Positions 31,604 to 43,918 of a stretch of DNA of 64,000 bases are shown here, one piece after another. The DNA is from an uncultured SAR86 cluster bacterium (lineage in GTDB: Bacteria > Pseudomonadota > Gammaproteobacteria > Magnimaribacterales > AG-339-G14), in the NCBI GenBank assembly GCA_902566305.1, contig CACFIK010000007.1:1691-65690 (forward strand), written 5' to 3'. Both the position numbers and the translations under genes were made by a program. The notes beneath the pieces were generated by a model. That model saw only the letters and a list, made by a program, of their open reading frames with translations. It did not search any database and was not told the origin of the DNA. Each line of letters opens with the position of its first letter. Within the stretch, counting starts at the first letter, position 1.

Positions 31604-32365
31604 TTTCAATCTGGTTCTCTTTTTTTGGTTCTGCAATGAACCAAATAGATCTTTTTCATGGCCGCTTAGGATATAGCCAATCCTTTGATTATTAATTAAG
31701 AAAATTTTCATAGCTGACAATTTAGTTTTCATGCCTCCCCTTCCTAACTTACCAGAATCTCCAAAAATAATTTTTTGATTTGAAAGAGCTTTAAGGCTGA
31801 CTTCGTCAATAAGAACTGCGTCCTTATTTGTTCTTGGATCTTTTGAATATAAACCCTTTTGATCTGTATAAAGTATAAGTTTTTTAGAACTAATAAGATT
31901 CGCTAGTTTTGCACTTAATTGATCATTATCTCCTCTCTCAATTTCTTCTGTTGATACAGAATCATTTTCATTGACTATTGGCGTTATACCCCATCTGAGG
32001 AGATTATTGATGCTCGATTTAATATTGTTAGATTTTGTTTCAGATTTAAAGTCACTGTGACTGAGGAGAACTTGAGCGACCTCTATTTTAAATTTATCAA
32101 AATTTTTCTGGTAAGCATTAATAAGCCCTATTTGGCCAACAGCTGATAATGATTGAAGTTGTTTGATATTCTTTGGTTTTTTTTCTATGCCTCTTTTCTT
32201 CATTCCATAGGAAATTGCGCCAGATGAAACTAAAACTACATCAAAGTCATTGTCTCTGAATTTCTGAATGCACTTAGCAAGTCTTTTAAAAAAAGCTGAA
32301 TTTTCTCGACTTCCTTGTGAAATTAAGGAGGACCCTACTTTCATTACTACTATTGAATTACTCAT
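31595..32365 (-). CDS. proB: glutamate 5-kinase, kinase domain only (no PUA domain)
   Basis: Amino-acid-kinase fold (VVMKVGSS, VSSGAI, NENDSVS). 256 aa. Conserved obg-proB order. Confidence 0.85.
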   Translation of the reverse strand: MSNSIVVMKVGSSLISQGSRENSAFFKRLAKCIQKFRDNDFDVVLVSSGAISYGMKKRGIEKKPKNIKQLQSLSAVGQIGLINAYQKNFDKFKIEVAQVLLSHSDFKSETKSNNIKSSINNLLRWGITPIVNENDSVSTEEIERGDNDQLSAKLANLISSKKLILYTDQKGLYSKDPRTNKDAVLIDEVSLKALSNQKIIFGDSGKLGRGGMKTKLSAMKIFLINNQRIGYILSGHEKDLFGSLQNQKKRTRLKLS

Positions 32366-33368
32366 TACTGTTAATCTCTATGATTTTTGTACTGACCTTT
32401 TTGACTAGTTCGCTTAATCCTTCCCCAGTTACAGAAGATATTAAAAAAACCTCATTGCTGTAAATCTTTTTTGCCTTAGATAAATAATCATCCTTCGATT
32501 CTGTTTTTGTGTCTGCTTTAGTTAGTACAATCCATTGCTCTAGTTTAGATAAAGATTCGTCAAATTCTTTTAGCTCTTTATCTAAAGAATTCTTTTTTTC
32601 CTTTACATCTTCAGGCTTGATTTCTGATACATCAATTAGATGAAGCAATAACTTTACTCGAGATAAATGTTTTAAAAATCTTATCCCAAGCCCTGCTCCC
32701 TTGGCAGCTCCCGGAATTAATCCTGGAATATCTGCAATTACATATGGATTGAGAGATTTAGCCTCAACCACTCCAAGATTAGGAGTTAGAGTAGTAAACG
32801 GATAGTCGGCTATTTTGGGTTTTGCCTCAGATATACTCGAAATTAAGGTAGATTTTCCTGCATTTGGAAATCCTAAGAGACCAACATCAGCTATTAATCT
32901 TAATTCTAACTGAAGCGATAGCTCTTCTCCCTTTTCTCCATCTGTAGTTTTTCTGGGAGCTCTATTGGTAGATGACTTGAACCTTGCATTCCCTAATCCA
33001 CCCTTTCCTCCAGAAACAACTTCAAAAAGATCGCCATCTTTTTTTAAGTCTGCTATCTCTTCTTCAGTTGATTCTTCAAAAACAACAGTACCAACGGGAA
33101 CTTTTAAAATTATGTCACTGGCATCCTTGCCATGTTTATTTTTACCCTCGCCAGGAGAACCATTTTTAGCTTGGTATTTTTTTTGTAATCTAAAATCTTG
33201 CAGCGTTGTTAAAGAGCTGTCAGCTTTAAGAAAAATGCTTCCGCCTTTCCCGCCGTCGCCACCATCGGGACCACCCTTAGGAATAAATTTTTCTCTTCTG
33301 AAGCTCAGACATCCGTTTCCACCAGAGCCAGCTATTAATTGAATAGCGGCTTCGTCAATGAAGCTCAT
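32358..33368 (-). CDS. obg: GTPase Obg/CgtA
   Basis: Gly-rich Obg fold GGNGCLSFRREKFIPKGGPDGGDGGKGG, with G1 GFPNAGKST and G3 DIPG motifs. Confidence 0.95.
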   Translation of the reverse strand: MSFIDEAAIQLIAGSGGNGCLSFRREKFIPKGGPDGGDGGKGGSIFLKADSSLTTLQDFRLQKKYQAKNGSPGEGKNKHGKDASDIILKVPVGTVVFEESTEEEIADLKKDGDLFEVVSGGKGGLGNARFKSSTNRAPRKTTDGEKGEELSLQLELRLIADVGLLGFPNAGKSTLISSISEAKPKIADYPFTTLTPNLGVVEAKSLNPYVIADIPGLIPGAAKGAGLGIRFLKHLSRVKLLLHLIDVSEIKPEDVKEKKNSLDKELKEFDESLSKLEQWIVLTKADTKTESKDDYLSKAKKIYSNEVFLISSVTGEGLSELVKKVSTKIIEINSNE

Positions 33369-33371
33369 TAT

Positions 33372-33632
33372 TTAATCTGCGGGAGTGATATTTATGAATT
33401 GTCTAAGATTTCTACCTTTTTTGCTGAAAGATACAGTGCCGTCAATTTTTGCAAAAAGTGTATGATCTTTTCCAATTCCAACATTTGTGCCAGGATGAAA
33501 CTTTGTGCCCCTTTGCCTGACTAGAATAGAGCCAGCAGATACCAGTTGGCCGCCGTACCTTTTAACGCCCAGTCTTTTAGATTCAGAATCTCTTCCGTTT
33601 CTACTGCTACCACCTGCTTTTTTATGTGCCAT
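33372..33632 (-). CDS. rpmA: 50S ribosomal protein L27
   Basis: [25 protein letters not shown]-terminus. Confidence 0.97.
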   Translation of the reverse strand: MAHKKAGGSSRNGRDSESKRLGVKRYGGQLVSAGSILVRQRGTKFHPGTNVGIGKDHTLFAKIDGTVSFSKKGRNLRQFINITPAD

Positions 33633-33634
33633 AC

Positions 33635-33946
33635 TTAAACCGAAATTTGCTCTATTTGAATTTCACTATAATTTTGACGATGACCTTGCTTTTTCCTGTA
33701 GTCCTTCCTTCTTTTCATCTTGAGAATAGTTACTTTATCTTCTTTTCCGTGTCGAAGGATTTTTGCAGTTACCTTCGCCCCTTCAATAAAAGGAGAGCCA
33801 AGAGTAACTTCACCATCTTTCTCAATTAATAGCACATCAGTAATATCAACAGGTTCTCCTTCAGAAGCTTTAAGTTTTTCAACTTTAAGGATTTCGCCTT
33901 CAGCAACTTTATGCTGTTTACCACCTGTTTTGATTACTGCGTACAT
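33635..33946 (-). CDS. rplU: 50S ribosomal protein L21
   Basis: [15 protein letters not shown]-terminus. Conserved rplU-rpmA order. Confidence 0.97.
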   Translation of the reverse strand: MYAVIKTGGKQHKVAEGEILKVEKLKASEGEPVDITDVLLIEKDGEVTLGSPFIEGAKVTAKILRHGKEDKVTILKMKRRKDYRKKQGHRQNYSEIQIEQISV

Positions 33947-33969
33947 TTTTATATCAAAATTGAGGTCGA

Positions 33970-33998
33970 ATGATATCTAAATAAGTTCTTTGTCGCAA
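33970..33998 (-). promoter_or_regulatory. candidate sigma70 promoter of rplU-rpmA-obg-proB
   Basis: Minus strand reads TTGCGA-17 nt-TATCAT, about 25 nt upstream of the rplU ATG. Confidence 0.35.
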
Positions 33999-34042
33999 TA
34001 GATTCAATAAATCAACTATGATAATTTGTACTTGAGAGATTG

Positions 34043-34564
34043 ATGAAATTTACAGAAAAGAATTCTTTCACCAAAGAAGAACTTCAACTTTGCTCAAACG
34101 GAAAGCTATTTCATGAGAATGATGGAAAGCTTCCAAGTAGCAATATGCTGATGTTAGATCGAATTACTTCAATATCAGGAGATCGGGGTAATTACTCAAA
34201 TGGACTAATAGAGGCAGAACTTGATATCAATGAGAATCTTTGGTTTTTTGATTGTCATTTCAAAGATGATCCAGTTATGCCCGGATGCTTAGGTTTGGAC
34301 GCAATGTGGCAAATTTTAGGATTTTATTTACTTTGGTCTGGGAATCATGGAATAGGAAGAGCTCTTGGTGCCGGGCAGGTTAAATTTTATGGTCAAGTGC
34401 TTCCTCATGCTAAAACGGTTAAATATGAGATTCATGTAAAAAGAATGCTCTCAACAAAAACTGTTCTTGGAGTTGCAGACGGATTAATGTACGTTGATGG
34501 GAAGGAAATATATTCAGCGAAGAACTTAAAAGTTGGGCTTTTTGAGAATCCTGGTAATTTTTGA
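34043..34564 (+). CDS. fabA: 3-hydroxydecanoyl-ACP dehydratase/isomerase FabA
   Basis: Near-colinear with E. coli FabA ([45 protein letters not shown]). ATG at 34043; the track starts at TTG 34040. Confidence 0.95.
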   Translation: MKFTEKNSFTKEELQLCSNGKLFHENDGKLPSSNMLMLDRITSISGDRGNYSNGLIEAELDINENLWFFDCHFKDDPVMPGCLGLDAMWQILGFYLLWSGNHGIGRALGAGQVKFYGQVLPHAKTVKYEIHVKRMLSTKTVLGVADGLMYVDGKEIYSAKNLKVGLFENPGNF

Positions 34565-35790
34565 TGAGTACTTTAAAAAGAGCAGTAATAACAGGAATTG
34601 GTGCCATATCTTGCATAGGTAACAATATTTCTGACATAACGAAATCTCTTAAATTGGGTACATCAGGGATACGCTTCAATGAATCGTACAAAGAACTTGG
34701 TATGCGAAGTCATATTTCTGGCTCCATTAATTTAAATCTAAAGGATCTCATTGATAGAAAACATTTGAGATTTATGGGAGAAGCAGCAAGCTATGCCTAT
34801 TTAAGTGCTGCAGAGGCTATAAAAGACTCAGGCTTAGATCTATCAAGGTTTTCTTCACAAGACGTTGGGGTCATTGCAGGTTCCGGTGGAGCTTCTTCTA
34901 GAAGCCAGGTTGAAGCAGCAGATATAGTTAAGAGCAAAGGAGTTAAAAGAATAGGACCTTACAGAGTTACTCAAACAATGGGAAACACCGTTTCAGCTGC
35001 TCTTGCAACTTTTTTTGGCATCAAAGGAGTGAATTTCTCTATTTCCTCTGCATGCTCAACTAGCGCACATTGTATTGGATCAGCTCTGGAACAAATTCAA
35101 TTGGGAAAACAAAAAATAATATTAGCTGGTGGCGCTGAAGATGAGCATTGGACAATGTCTAGTATGTTTGATGCCATGGGAGCGCTGTCTTCTTCATATA
35201 ATGAGAGTCCTGAGAAAGCATCAAGGCCTTTTGATAATGACAGAGATGGTTTTGTTATAGCAGGAGGAGCGGGCATGCTCGTCGTTGAAGAATTAGATCA
35301 TGCTCTAGAAAGAAACGCTGATATTTATGCTGAAATTACTGGATATGGAGCAACTTCTGATGGAGATGATATGGTCCATCCATCCGGAGAAGGAGCAACT
35401 AATTGCATGCTAAAGGCTGTTGAAATGCATGGAAAAGATAATATTGATTATATTAATGCTCACGGAACTTCAACACCTGCTGGAGATCCTGTCGAGTTAG
35501 AATCAATAAAAAAGGTTTTCAAAGATAAAATTCCTCCCATAAGCTCAACAAAATCACAAACTGGACATACCCTTGGTGCCGCTGGAGCTTTAGAAAGTAT
35601 TTTTTCACTATTAATGCTAAAAAACAGTTTTATATCAAAAACCCTTAATCTTTCTAACTCGATTGATGAAGGTGAAGGTTTAGACTTAGTTTCAGAAGTC
35701 AGAAATCAGGATTTGGATGCTGTAATGAATAATAGCTTTGGCTTTGGGGGAACTAACGTTAGTTTAGTTTTTGAAAAGTTAAAATCCTAA
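34564..35790 (+). CDS. fabB: 3-oxoacyl-ACP synthase I FabB
   Basis: [10 protein letters not shown]-terminus, active-site [29 protein letters not shown]. The ATG overlaps the fabA TGA by 1 nt. Confidence 0.93.
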   Translation: MSTLKRAVITGIGAISCIGNNISDITKSLKLGTSGIRFNESYKELGMRSHISGSINLNLKDLIDRKHLRFMGEAASYAYLSAAEAIKDSGLDLSRFSSQDVGVIAGSGGASSRSQVEAADIVKSKGVKRIGPYRVTQTMGNTVSAALATFFGIKGVNFSISSACSTSAHCIGSALEQIQLGKQKIILAGGAEDEHWTMSSMFDAMGALSSSYNESPEKASRPFDNDRDGFVIAGGAGMLVVEELDHALERNADIYAEITGYGATSDGDDMVHPSGEGATNCMLKAVEMHGKDNIDYINAHGTSTPAGDPVELESIKKVFKDKIPPISSTKSQTGHTLGAAGALESIFSLLMLKNSFISKTLNLSNSIDEGEGLDLVSEVRNQDLDAVMNNSFGFGGTNVSLVFEKLKS

Positions 35791-36218
35791 AAAGGAATTT
35801 CATCGTCTATGAGCCCCTCCTCGGGTTGAGGACTAGAGCTATTCATCTGAGGGCTCTGATCCATATTATCTTCAGATCTTCGTCCTCCTAACATTTGCAT
35901 TTCTCTCCCAATAATCTCTGTTGTATATCTCTTATTTCCTTGATCGTCTTCCCAATCTCTTGTTCTTAATGATCCTTCAATATAAACAGAAGAACCTTTT
36001 TTTAAATACTCCCCACAAACTTCTGCAATTCTTCTAAAAAAAACAACTCTATGCCACTCAGTTTTTTCCTTTTTTTCTCCAGTTTGATTATCGTTCCAGC
36101 TTTCAGATGTAGCTATACTCAAATTTGCAACTGCATCTCCTCCTGCCGTATACCTCATGTCAGGATCTTTCCCGAGATTACCAACTAATATAACCTTATT
36201 TATTCCGCTTCGAGCCAT
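35787..36218 (-). CDS. ssb: single-stranded DNA-binding protein
   Basis: Start at [19 protein letters not shown] (ATG 36218). OB fold, and C-terminal acidic tip DDEIPF. Confidence 0.95.
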   Translation of the reverse strand: MARSGINKVILVGNLGKDPDMRYTAGGDAVANLSIATSESWNDNQTGEKKEKTEWHRVVFFRRIAEVCGEYLKKGSSVYIEGSLRTRDWEDDQGNKRYTTEIIGREMQMLGGRRSEDNMDQSPQMNSSSPQPEEGLIDDEIPF

Positions 36219-36279
36219 AATGCACCTTATTTTTAATGTAAATTCATTATAATCCATCTGAAAGACTATTTATAAATAA

Positions 36280-39093
36280 ATGAAAAATATCGAAGTCAAA
36301 GGTGCTAAACAGCATAATCTTAAAAACATCGATGTAATAATTCCTCGAGATAAACTTACCGTTATTACAGGGCTTTCTGGATCAGGAAAGTCTTCTTTAG
36401 CATTTGATACTTTATATGCTGAAGGTCAAAGAAGGTATGTTGAATCATTGTCTTCTTATGCGAGACAATTTTTATCTGTTATGGATAAGCCTGATGTCGA
36501 TCATATAAATGGTTTATCCCCCGCCATTTCAATAGAGCAAAAATCCACATCTCATAACCCAAGGTCTACGGTTGGGACTGTTACTGAAATATATGATTAT
36601 TTGAGGCTGCTTTATGCAAGGGTCGGTACCCCTTTTTGTCCAGATCATGGAATCTCCCTTGAATCTCAAAGCATCGATCAGATAGTCGATAATCTTTTTA
36701 AAGATGATGAAAATGAAAGAGCTATAATTTTATGTCCTATAGTAAGTCAGCAAAAAGGTGAGCACTTAATCCTACTTAACGACCTTAAGGTGCGAGGATT
36801 TATTAGAGCAAAAATTAATGGAGAAATCATTGATCTGGATAATCTGCCTCAACTTAATAAAAATAAAAAACATGATATTGATATTGTCATTGATAGGCTT
36901 TCTATTTCAAAGAAAAATAAATCAAGATTATCTGAATCAATAGAAACTGCGTTGAGAGAGTCAGATGGAATAGTAACTATCTCTTTCCTGGATGAATCTA
37001 AAAAAGATATAACGTTTTCAACAAAAATGGCCTGCACCGAATGTGGTTTCAGCATTGCTTCGTTAGAACCTAGACTATTTTCTTTCAATAGTCCTTCTGG
37101 AGCTTGCGATGATTGCGATGGATTAGGTCAGAAGTCTCAAGTTGATAGAAGAAAAGTTATTGTGAGACCTGAATTAAGCTTAAATCAAGGAGCAATTGAA
37201 GGATGGGATTCAAGTCAGATGTATCATCACTATCTTCTCAACAGAGTAGCAAAACACTATGGCATTTCCTTGGACGATCCCTTTGAGGATTTGTCTGAAA
37301 ATATAAAAGAAAAAATTCTGAATGGTAGTTCGGGGGAAATTATAGATTTTAGTTATGTTTCTAAAAGAGGGAATCTCAGAGAATCATTTAAACCATTCGA
37401 AGGTGTTCTTAATAATATTGAAAGAAGATTTAGAGAGAGTGAATCAGCTTTTTCTAGAGAGTATTTATCCAAATACATGACCAATACTGTTTGTATGTCA
37501 TGTGAAGGCTCAAGATTAAATAAAGAGGCAAGATCTGTGAAGATTGATGGAAAAGAACTTTGGGATATAACAAATATGACTATTGATGATTGTTTAGATT
37601 TTTTTAATAACCTGAATTTAAAGGGCAAAAAGGGAGCTATCGCAGAGAAGGTTGTTAAAGAGCTGAAAGAAAGATTAAAGTTTTTATCTGATGTCGGGCT
37701 TAATTATCTAACATTATCAAGAAGTGCCGAAACTTTAAGTGGAGGAGAAGCACAAAGAATTAGACTTGCCAGTCAAATAGGTGCTGGACTCGTTGGAGTT
37801 ACCTATATTCTTGATGAACCATCAATTGGCCTTCACCAAAGAGATAATAAGAGACTTTTATCTACTTTATTTAGATTAAAAGATTTAGGAAATACGGTTA
37901 TCGTCGTTGAGCATGATAAAGAGACAATAGAATGTGCTGATCATATTATTGATATCGGTCCAGGGGCAGGTATTCATGGAGGGTTTGTCAGTTTTGCAGG
38001 AAATTATAAAGAAATCCTTAAGCAAGAAAGTTCCTTAACCGGACAATATTTATCCGGGAAAAAAGATATTAAGATTGATAAATTTGAGAAATCTGAAAAA
38101 GGTTCTCTTTGTATTAAGGGTTGTAATGGGAACAATCTCAAGAATGTAAATTTAAATTTACCTTTGGGAAAAATTATCAGCATTACTGGAGTTTCGGGTT
38201 CTGGAAAATCTACTCTTATTAATCAAACTTTATATCCTGCATTGGCAAATAAGATTCAAAAATCTAACTATGACTGTCAAGAATTTGAAAATATTTCGGG
38301 TGAAAAGAAATTAGATAAAATTATTGAGATTAGTCAGTCCCCAATAGGAAGGACTCCAAGATCAAATCCTGTTACTTACACAGGAATATTCACGCCTATC
38401 AGAGAGCTGTTTTCAGAAACGGAAGAGGCAAGAGCTCGAGGCTATAAGCCAGGAAGGTTCAGCTTCAATGTTAAAGGTGGCAGATGTGAAACTTGTCAAG
38501 GAGATGGTTTAATCAAAGTAGAAATGCATTTTCTGCCTGACGTCTACGTTAAATGTGATGTTTGTGATGGAAAAAGATATAACAAAGAAACGCTTGAGGT
38601 GAAATTCAAGGGGAAAAACATCTTTGAGGTTCTTGATATGAACGTTGAAGAATCCTTGAAATTTTTTGATTCGATTCCAACCATCAAAAGAAAATTACAA
38701 ACTCTTTATGATGTGGGATTGAGTTATATAAAAATTGGCCAGCCCGCTACAACGTTATCTGGAGGAGAAGCCCAAAGAGTAAAACTTGCTAAAGAGCTTG
38801 GCAAGGTAGCCACCGGGGATACTCTTTATCTATTAGACGAACCAACAACTGGTCTTCATTTCCATGATGTAAACCTACTATTAAAAGTGATCAATAAATT
38901 GAATGAACAAGGTAATACTGTTGTCATTATCGAACATAACTTAGATGTGATTGTTAATTCTGATTGGATAATAGATCTTGGCCCAGAAGGCGGATCGGGT
39001 GGCGGAGAAATTATCGGAGAAGGAACTCCAGAAGAAATTTCAAAAATTAAAAAATCTCATACTGGGAGATTTCTGAAGGAAATGTTGAATTAA
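36280..39093 (+). CDS. uvrA: excinuclease ABC subunit A
   Basis: 937 aa. [28 protein letters not shown], two ABC modules (LSGGEAQR twice), and zinc-finger CxxC pairs. Confidence 0.98.
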   Translation: MKNIEVKGAKQHNLKNIDVIIPRDKLTVITGLSGSGKSSLAFDTLYAEGQRRYVESLSSYARQFLSVMDKPDVDHINGLSPAISIEQKSTSHNPRSTVGTVTEIYDYLRLLYARVGTPFCPDHGISLESQSIDQIVDNLFKDDENERAIILCPIVSQQKGEHLILLNDLKVRGFIRAKINGEIIDLDNLPQLNKNKKHDIDIVIDRLSISKKNKSRLSESIETALRESDGIVTISFLDESKKDITFSTKMACTECGFSIASLEPRLFSFNSPSGACDDCDGLGQKSQVDRRKVIVRPELSLNQGAIEGWDSSQMYHHYLLNRVAKHYGISLDDPFEDLSENIKEKILNGSSGEIIDFSYVSKRGNLRESFKPFEGVLNNIERRFRESESAFSREYLSKYMTNTVCMSCEGSRLNKEARSVKIDGKELWDITNMTIDDCLDFFNNLNLKGKKGAIAEKVVKELKERLKFLSDVGLNYLTLSRSAETLSGGEAQRIRLASQIGAGLVGVTYILDEPSIGLHQRDNKRLLSTLFRLKDLGNTVIVVEHDKETIECADHIIDIGPGAGIHGGFVSFAGNYKEILKQESSLTGQYLSGKKDIKIDKFEKSEKGSLCIKGCNGNNLKNVNLNLPLGKIISITGVSGSGKSTLINQTLYPALANKIQKSNYDCQEFENISGEKKLDKIIEISQSPIGRTPRSNPVTYTGIFTPIRELFSETEEARARGYKPGRFSFNVKGGRCETCQGDGLIKVEMHFLPDVYVKCDVCDGKRYNKETLEVKFKGKNIFEVLDMNVEESLKFFDSIPTIKRKLQTLYDVGLSYIKIGQPATTLSGGEAQRVKLAKELGKVATGDTLYLLDEPTTGLHFHDVNLLLKVINKLNEQGNTVVIIEHNLDVIVNSDWIIDLGPEGGSGGGEIIGEGTPEEISKIKKSHTGRFLKEMLN

Positions 39094-39482
39094 TCTTCTT
39101 GAGATATCTCTTCAGAAGAATCCTCAGACTTATCGGTAAGTTCTACAAAAGCCATTGGGGCTGCGTCACCGGGTCTTGGTCCCATCTTAATAATTCTGAG
39201 ATATCCACCAGGTCTATCTTTAAATCTAGGCCCTAGGTCTGAAAAAAGTTTTCCTACCGCAGAATCATTTCTCAGTTTTGAAAAGGCTCTTCTTCTGTTG
39301 GCAACAGAATCTACTTTAGCCAATGTAACTAATGGCTCAAAGACACCCCTAAGTTCTTTTGCCTTTGGAACAGTGGTTTTTATAGATTCAGTCTCAATCA
39401 AAGAAATAACCATGTTTTTAAACATAGCTTTTCTCTGATCACTTGTGCGACCAAATTTTCTTCCTGTTTTTTGGTGTCTCAT
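39090..39482 (-). CDS. rplQ: 50S ribosomal protein L17
   Basis: [22 protein letters not shown]-terminus. Last gene of the alpha-operon block. Confidence 0.97.
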   Translation of the reverse strand: MRHQKTGRKFGRTSDQRKAMFKNMVISLIETESIKTTVPKAKELRGVFEPLVTLAKVDSVANRRRAFSKLRNDSAVGKLFSDLGPRFKDRPGGYLRIIKMGPRPGDAAPMAFVELTDKSEDSSEEISQED

Positions 39483-39485
39483 CTA

Positions 39486-40478
39486 TTAACCTTCAACATT
39501 TGAGGGTGGCCAATTCTCGAGTTCTAAACCTAAAGATAATCCTCTAGCTGCTAGAACTTCTTTGATTTCATTAAGTGACTTTCTACCTAGATTAGGAGTT
39601 CTTAAAAGATCAGATTCCTTTCGGGTTACTAAGTCTCCAATATAATGGATCTTCTCTACTTTTAAACAATTGGCTGATCTCACTGTTAATTCGAGTTCAT
39701 CTACAGGCCTCAACATAATTGGATCAACAGGAGGAGTTTCATCTTCCTCTGGTTCTTCGGTTTCAAACCCTAATTCAGCAAAAGCCATTAATTGTCTTTG
39801 TAAAATAGTCGCTGCTAACCTCACAATCTCTTCAGGATCGATTGTTCCATTGGTTTCAACCTCAAGAATAAGTTTGTCTAGATCAGTTCTATTTTCTACC
39901 CTTGCATTTTCAACTGAATAAGAAACTTTTTTAATTGGACTATATGAAGCATCAATCTTTAGTGAGCCGACCTCGGTATCTTCGCTCTCGGCCAAAGCTA
40001 TGATATCTACAGGAACATAACCCCTTCCCTTGGTAACTTTTGCCGTCATCTCGAGAGAGCCTTTGTCAGCGAGAGTAGCAACTACGTGATCAGGATTTAC
40101 AATCTCAACTCCAGCAGGAAGTTCAAAATCACTACCTTTGATGTCTCCTGATCCTGATTTATTTACTGATATTTCGACTTCTTCTTGATCTGAAAGTCTC
40201 ACAGAAAGACCTTTTAAATTTAAAAGGATATTAATGACATCCTCTTTAACTCCATCAATAGAGCCAAACTCGTGGAGAACTCCATTAATTTTTGCTTCTG
40301 AAACCGCAGCACCAGGGATTGAAGATAAAATTATCCTTCTAAGAGCATTTCCCAAGGTATGTCCAAAACCTCTTTCAAGAGGTTCCAATACTATTTTTGA
40401 ATTGTTTGAATCAACTTCTTCTACCAAAATTTCTTTGGGAGTTAAGAAGTCTTTGATCATATCGAAATTATCTGTCAT
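39486..40478 (-). CDS. rpoA: DNA-directed RNA polymerase alpha subunit
   Basis: [23 protein letters not shown]-like motif, and C-terminal domain [12 protein letters not shown]. Confidence 0.98.
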   Translation of the reverse strand: MTDNFDMIKDFLTPKEILVEEVDSNNSKIVLEPLERGFGHTLGNALRRIILSSIPGAAVSEAKINGVLHEFGSIDGVKEDVINILLNLKGLSVRLSDQEEVEISVNKSGSGDIKGSDFELPAGVEIVNPDHVVATLADKGSLEMTAKVTKGRGYVPVDIIALAESEDTEVGSLKIDASYSPIKKVSYSVENARVENRTDLDKLILEVETNGTIDPEEIVRLAATILQRQLMAFAELGFETEEPEEDETPPVDPIMLRPVDELELTVRSANCLKVEKIHYIGDLVTRKESDLLRTPNLGRKSLNEIKEVLAARGLSLGLELENWPPSNVEG

Positions 40479-40496
40479 AGAATATCCTCTTTAAAA

Positions 40497-41117
40497 TTAT
40501 CTTGAATAGAGCTCAACAATAAAACTTTCATTAATTTCACTGCTAAGCAAATCTCTGTCTGGAGTATTTTTGTAAATGCCTGAAAAGTTATCGTGGTTAA
40601 CCTCAATCCATTCACAAGGCTCTCTTGTTTTAAAAATCTCAAAAGATTGAGAAATTCTTTTTTGATTTCTTGATTTCTCAGAAATACTTATCTCATCTCC
40701 TTCCGCTACCTGATAAGAAGGAATGTTTACTTTTTTTCCATTAACCAAAACTGACTTATGATTAACCAATTGTCTTGCTTCGGCACGAGTAGCAGCAAAT
40801 CCCATTCTATAAACCACGTTATCCAATCTAGCCTCCAAAAATTGAAGGAGATTTGTTCCTGTCTCACCTCTGCTACTAGCTGCAGCCTTATAGTAATTTC
40901 TAAATTGTCTTTCTAAAACTCCATACATTCTTTTTACTTTTTGCTTTTCTCTCAACTGCAAACCATAGTCTGAAGTTCTTATTCTTTTTGCTCCATGGTG
41001 TCCAGGAGGATTTTCAGATCTGATTTTGGATTCGTATGACCTATACCCACTTGTTAAAAGCAGATCAGTCCCTTCCCTACGAGATAATTTATTTCTTGGT
41101 CCTCTGTATCTTGCCAC
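40497..41117 (-). CDS. rpsD: 30S ribosomal protein S4
   Basis: GTG start at 41117 gives (M)[18 protein letters not shown], matching the E. coli S4 N-terminus. The track ORF start at 41153 would overlap rpsK. Confidence 0.95.
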   Translation of the reverse strand: MARYRGPRNKLSRREGTDLLLTSGYRSYESKIRSENPPGHHGAKRIRTSDYGLQLREKQKVKRMYGVLERQFRNYYKAAASSRGETGTNLLQFLEARLDNVVYRMGFAATRAEARQLVNHKSVLVNGKKVNIPSYQVAEGDEISISEKSRNQKRISQSFEIFKTREPCEWIEVNHDNFSGIYKNTPDRDLLSSEINESFIVELYSR

Positions 41118-41118
41118 T

Positions 41119-41505
41119 TTACACCCTTCTCTTTTTTGGAGGACGACACCCATTATGAGGAATAGGAGTTACATCCGAAATTTTTGTAATCTTAAAACCG
41201 CAACCATTCAAAGCTCTTACCGCTGATTCTCGACCTGCTCCAGGTCCGGAAACTTCAATTTCCAAATTGCTTATTCCGAAGTTTTTAGCAGCATCTCCGG
41301 CTTTGGAAGCTGCCACCTGAGCCGCAAAAGGTGTACTTTTTCTTGATCCTTTAAAACCTGATCCACCAGCACTTGCCCAAGTTAATGTATTTCCCTGTTT
41401 GTCCGTAATATTGATGATGGTGTTATTAAATGTAGCGTATATATGCGCAACAGCATCGTTGTATGTTCGGCTATTTTTTTTAGATTTTGTCCCTTGTTTT
41501 GCCAT
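41119..41505 (-). CDS. rpsK: 30S ribosomal protein S11
   Basis: [18 protein letters not shown] and [11 protein letters not shown] motifs. Confidence 0.97.
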   Translation of the reverse strand: MAKQGTKSKKNSRTYNDAVAHIYATFNNTIINITDKQGNTLTWASAGGSGFKGSRKSTPFAAQVAASKAGDAAKNFGISNLEIEVSGPGAGRESAVRALNGCGFKITKISDVTPIPHNGCRPPKKRRV

Positions 41506-41507
41506 AT

Positions 41508-41864
41508 TTATCTTCTAATAGGTTTTCTAGGACCTTTTCTGGTTCTAGCGTTAGTTTTTGTTCTTTGTCCTCTAACAGGTAAATGTTTCCTGTGCCTCAT
41601 TCCTCTCAAAGTTCCTAAATCCATAAGTCTTTTTATATTGGTACTTATTTCTCTTCTTAAATCTCCTTCTACAAGAAACTCATTTACAGCTTTTCGAAGT
41701 TTTTCTAAATCTTCCTCGCTTAAACTTCCGATCAAAGAAGTTTTTTCAATGCCCAATTGATCACAAATAGATAACGCTCTCGTTCTGCCGATACCAAAAA
41801 TATGAGTTAAAGAAACCCAAGCTTGTTTTTTATCTGGAATATTTACACCTGCTACCCTAGCCAT
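41508..41864 (-). CDS. rpsM: 30S ribosomal protein S13
   Basis: [14 protein letters not shown]-terminus and basic C-terminal tail. Confidence 0.97.
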   Translation of the reverse strand: MARVAGVNIPDKKQAWVSLTHIFGIGRTRALSICDQLGIEKTSLIGSLSEEDLEKLRKAVNEFLVEGDLRREISTNIKRLMDLGTLRGMRHRKHLPVRGQRTKTNARTRKGPRKPIRR

Positions 41865-41869
41865 ATTTA

Positions 41870-41986
41870 TTACCCCTGCCTCTGTTTATGTCTTGGTTCA
41901 TTGCTGCAGATAACAAAAACGGTGCCGTGTCTTTTGATTATTTTGCAATCCTTACACATTTTTTTTACTGAAGCTCTTACTTTCAT
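41870..41986 (-). CDS. rpmJ: 50S ribosomal protein L36 (zinc-binding C+ form)
   Basis: Not in the ORF track (38 aa). Hand translation of the minus strand gives [38 protein letters not shown], then TAA at 41870..41872. It sits between secY and rpsM. Confidence 0.93.
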   Translation of the reverse strand: MKVRASVKKMCKDCKIIKRHGTVFVICSNEPRHKQRQG

Positions 41987-41988
41987 AA

Positions 41989-43296
41989 TTACCTTCTATA
42001 ATTTTTTAAATTAGCTTTTTTCATTAAAGATTCATATTGACTAGATAAAAGGTGCGATTGTACCTGAGCCATGAAGTCCATGACTACTACCACAGCAATT
42101 AAAAGTGATGTTCCCCCAAGATAAAAAGGTACATTTGCAGAAACAATTAAGAATTGAGGAAGTAAACATACTGCAATCATGTATATTGATCCCCATACTG
42201 TTAATCTAGACATAACGCTGTCAATATAGCCTTCTGTTTGATCGCCAGGCCTTATTCCAGGTAAGAATCCTCCAGATCTTTTAAGATTATCTGAAATATC
42301 TTTTGCCGGAAATTGAATGGCGGTATAAAAGAAACAGAAATAAGCTATCAAAACCGCAAAAACTATTACATACAAGGGTTGCCCAGGACTTAAAGCCAAT
42401 GATATTTCTTGCAACCACTCAAAACCTTCAGATTGTCCAAACCAAGTACTAATTGAGGCTGGAAAAAGAACTATCGATGAAGCAAAGATCGCAGGAATTA
42501 CTCCTGACATATTTACTTTCAATGGAACATGAGATGATTGACCCATAGCCATCTGGTTACCGATTTGTCTCTTAGCATAATTAACCGAAACTCTTCTTTG
42601 TGCCCTTTCTACCCAAACAATAAAAGCAATAGCCAATATTGCGAGAAGAGCTACAGATAAAAGTACGATTAAGTTAATTTCTCCTTGTCTAGCTCCTTCA
42701 AATGACTGGCCTATTGCTCTTGGCAATCCAGAAACAATACTGGCAAAAATAATAAGAGATATACCATTTCCGATACCTCTCTCATTTACCTGTTCCCCAA
42801 GCCATACCAAAAACATTGTTCCAGTAACAAAAGAAATAACTGCGGTAACAATAAACATATTTCCAGGAGTGCTAGCTAGCCCTTGACTCGATAATGCTAT
42901 CGCAAAACCACTCGATTGAATGATTGCAAGACCTAAAGTACCAAGGCGAACATAGTTGGTCCTTTTTCTTCTTCCAACTTCCCCTTCCTGTCTAAACATT
43001 TTTTTAAGGCTTGGAGTTGTCGCCTCTAATAGATTCATCACAATAGCCGCAGTGATGTAAGGAACAACATTTAAAGCCATGATGCTCATTCTTTCTAGCG
43101 CACCTCCAGAAAACATATTAAATAAACCTAGAAGAGTTCCTTGATTTTGATCAAATAAAGAAGAAAGTTTCATAGGATCAATGCCTGGAACAGGAATATG
43201 GGTTCCAATCCTATAAATAATAATTGCGTAAAGAACAAATCTAAGCCTTGCCCAAAGTTCAGACAAACCAGATGATTTGGCTGGATTTCTAGCCAC
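41989..43296 (-). CDS. secY: preprotein translocase subunit SecY
   Basis: 435 aa, 10 TM segments. [12 protein letters not shown] and [20 protein letters not shown] motifs. Confidence 0.97.
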   Translation of the reverse strand: MARNPAKSSGLSELWARLRFVLYAIIIYRIGTHIPVPGIDPMKLSSLFDQNQGTLLGLFNMFSGGALERMSIMALNVVPYITAAIVMNLLEATTPSLKKMFRQEGEVGRRKRTNYVRLGTLGLAIIQSSGFAIALSSQGLASTPGNMFIVTAVISFVTGTMFLVWLGEQVNERGIGNGISLIIFASIVSGLPRAIGQSFEGARQGEINLIVLLSVALLAILAIAFIVWVERAQRRVSVNYAKRQIGNQMAMGQSSHVPLKVNMSGVIPAIFASSIVLFPASISTWFGQSEGFEWLQEISLALSPGQPLYVIVFAVLIAYFCFFYTAIQFPAKDISDNLKRSGGFLPGIRPGDQTEGYIDSVMSRLTVWGSIYMIAVCLLPQFLIVSANVPFYLGGTSLLIAVVVVMDFMAQVQSHLLSSQYESLMKKANLKNYRR

Positions 43297-43726
43297 TTAT
43301 AATTTCTCCACCTAATTTATTAATTAATTCCTCAACAGATTTAGAAACGGATAAACCCTCAATTTTCACTGTTTTTGTCAATTCGCCGCCGTTGATGATC
43401 TTCACTTTTTTTATCTTGTTTGAAATGATTTTATTTTTCTTCAAAACCTCTAAAGTAATATGATCTTCAGCAAGCTTTTCTATATCTCTGAGTTTTATAT
43501 GTGTACTGTATGGTTTTTGTCTAGAAGTGAATCCAAACTTAGGAAGTCTTTGTTGGATGGGCATTTGACCTCCCTCAAATCCAGGTCTTATTGAAGCTCC
43601 AGATCTTGCCTTTTGACCTTTATGACCTCTTCCTGATGTTTTTCCTGAGCCAGACCCTGTTCCTCTACCTATACGCTTAGAGACTTTATTTTTGTTTGTT
43701 CTTTGAAGGTTATTCAGTTTTAGCAT
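43289..43726 (-). CDS. rplO: 50S ribosomal protein L15
   Basis: RIGRGTGSGSGKTSGRGHKGQKARSG motif. Confidence 0.97.
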   Translation of the reverse strand: MLKLNNLQRTNKNKVSKRIGRGTGSGSGKTSGRGHKGQKARSGASIRPGFEGGQMPIQQRLPKFGFTSRQKPYSTHIKLRDIEKLAEDHITLEVLKKNKIISNKIKKVKIINGGELTKTVKIEGLSVSKSVEELINKLGGEIISG

Positions 43727-43909
43727 TTAATCTAAGACCTCCAGCAGATGATGAGCTTTCTTGATCATACCTAGATTTTCAGGCGTGTTTTGAACCTCAA
43801 CTACTTGATTAATTTTTTTTAATCCCAATCCTCTTACGGAGAGCCTCTGATTTTTCATCGAGCCTGCTAAACCTCTCTTTAATTTAACTCTAATCATTTC
43901 GTTAGACAT
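43727..43909 (-). CDS. rpmD: 50S ribosomal protein L30
   Basis: 60 aa. IRVKLKRGLAGSMKNQRLSVRGLGL. spc-operon position. Confidence 0.95.
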   Translation of the reverse strand: MSNEMIRVKLKRGLAGSMKNQRLSVRGLGLKKINQVVEVQNTPENLGMIKKAHHLLEVLD

Positions 43910-43918
43910 TTCTTCCTC

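Noticed and set aside
34419-34691. 90-aa minus-strand ORF spanning the fabA/fabB junction
   Set aside because: It is antisense to both fabA and fabB, which match E. coli proteins residue for residue across this region. It has no motif support.
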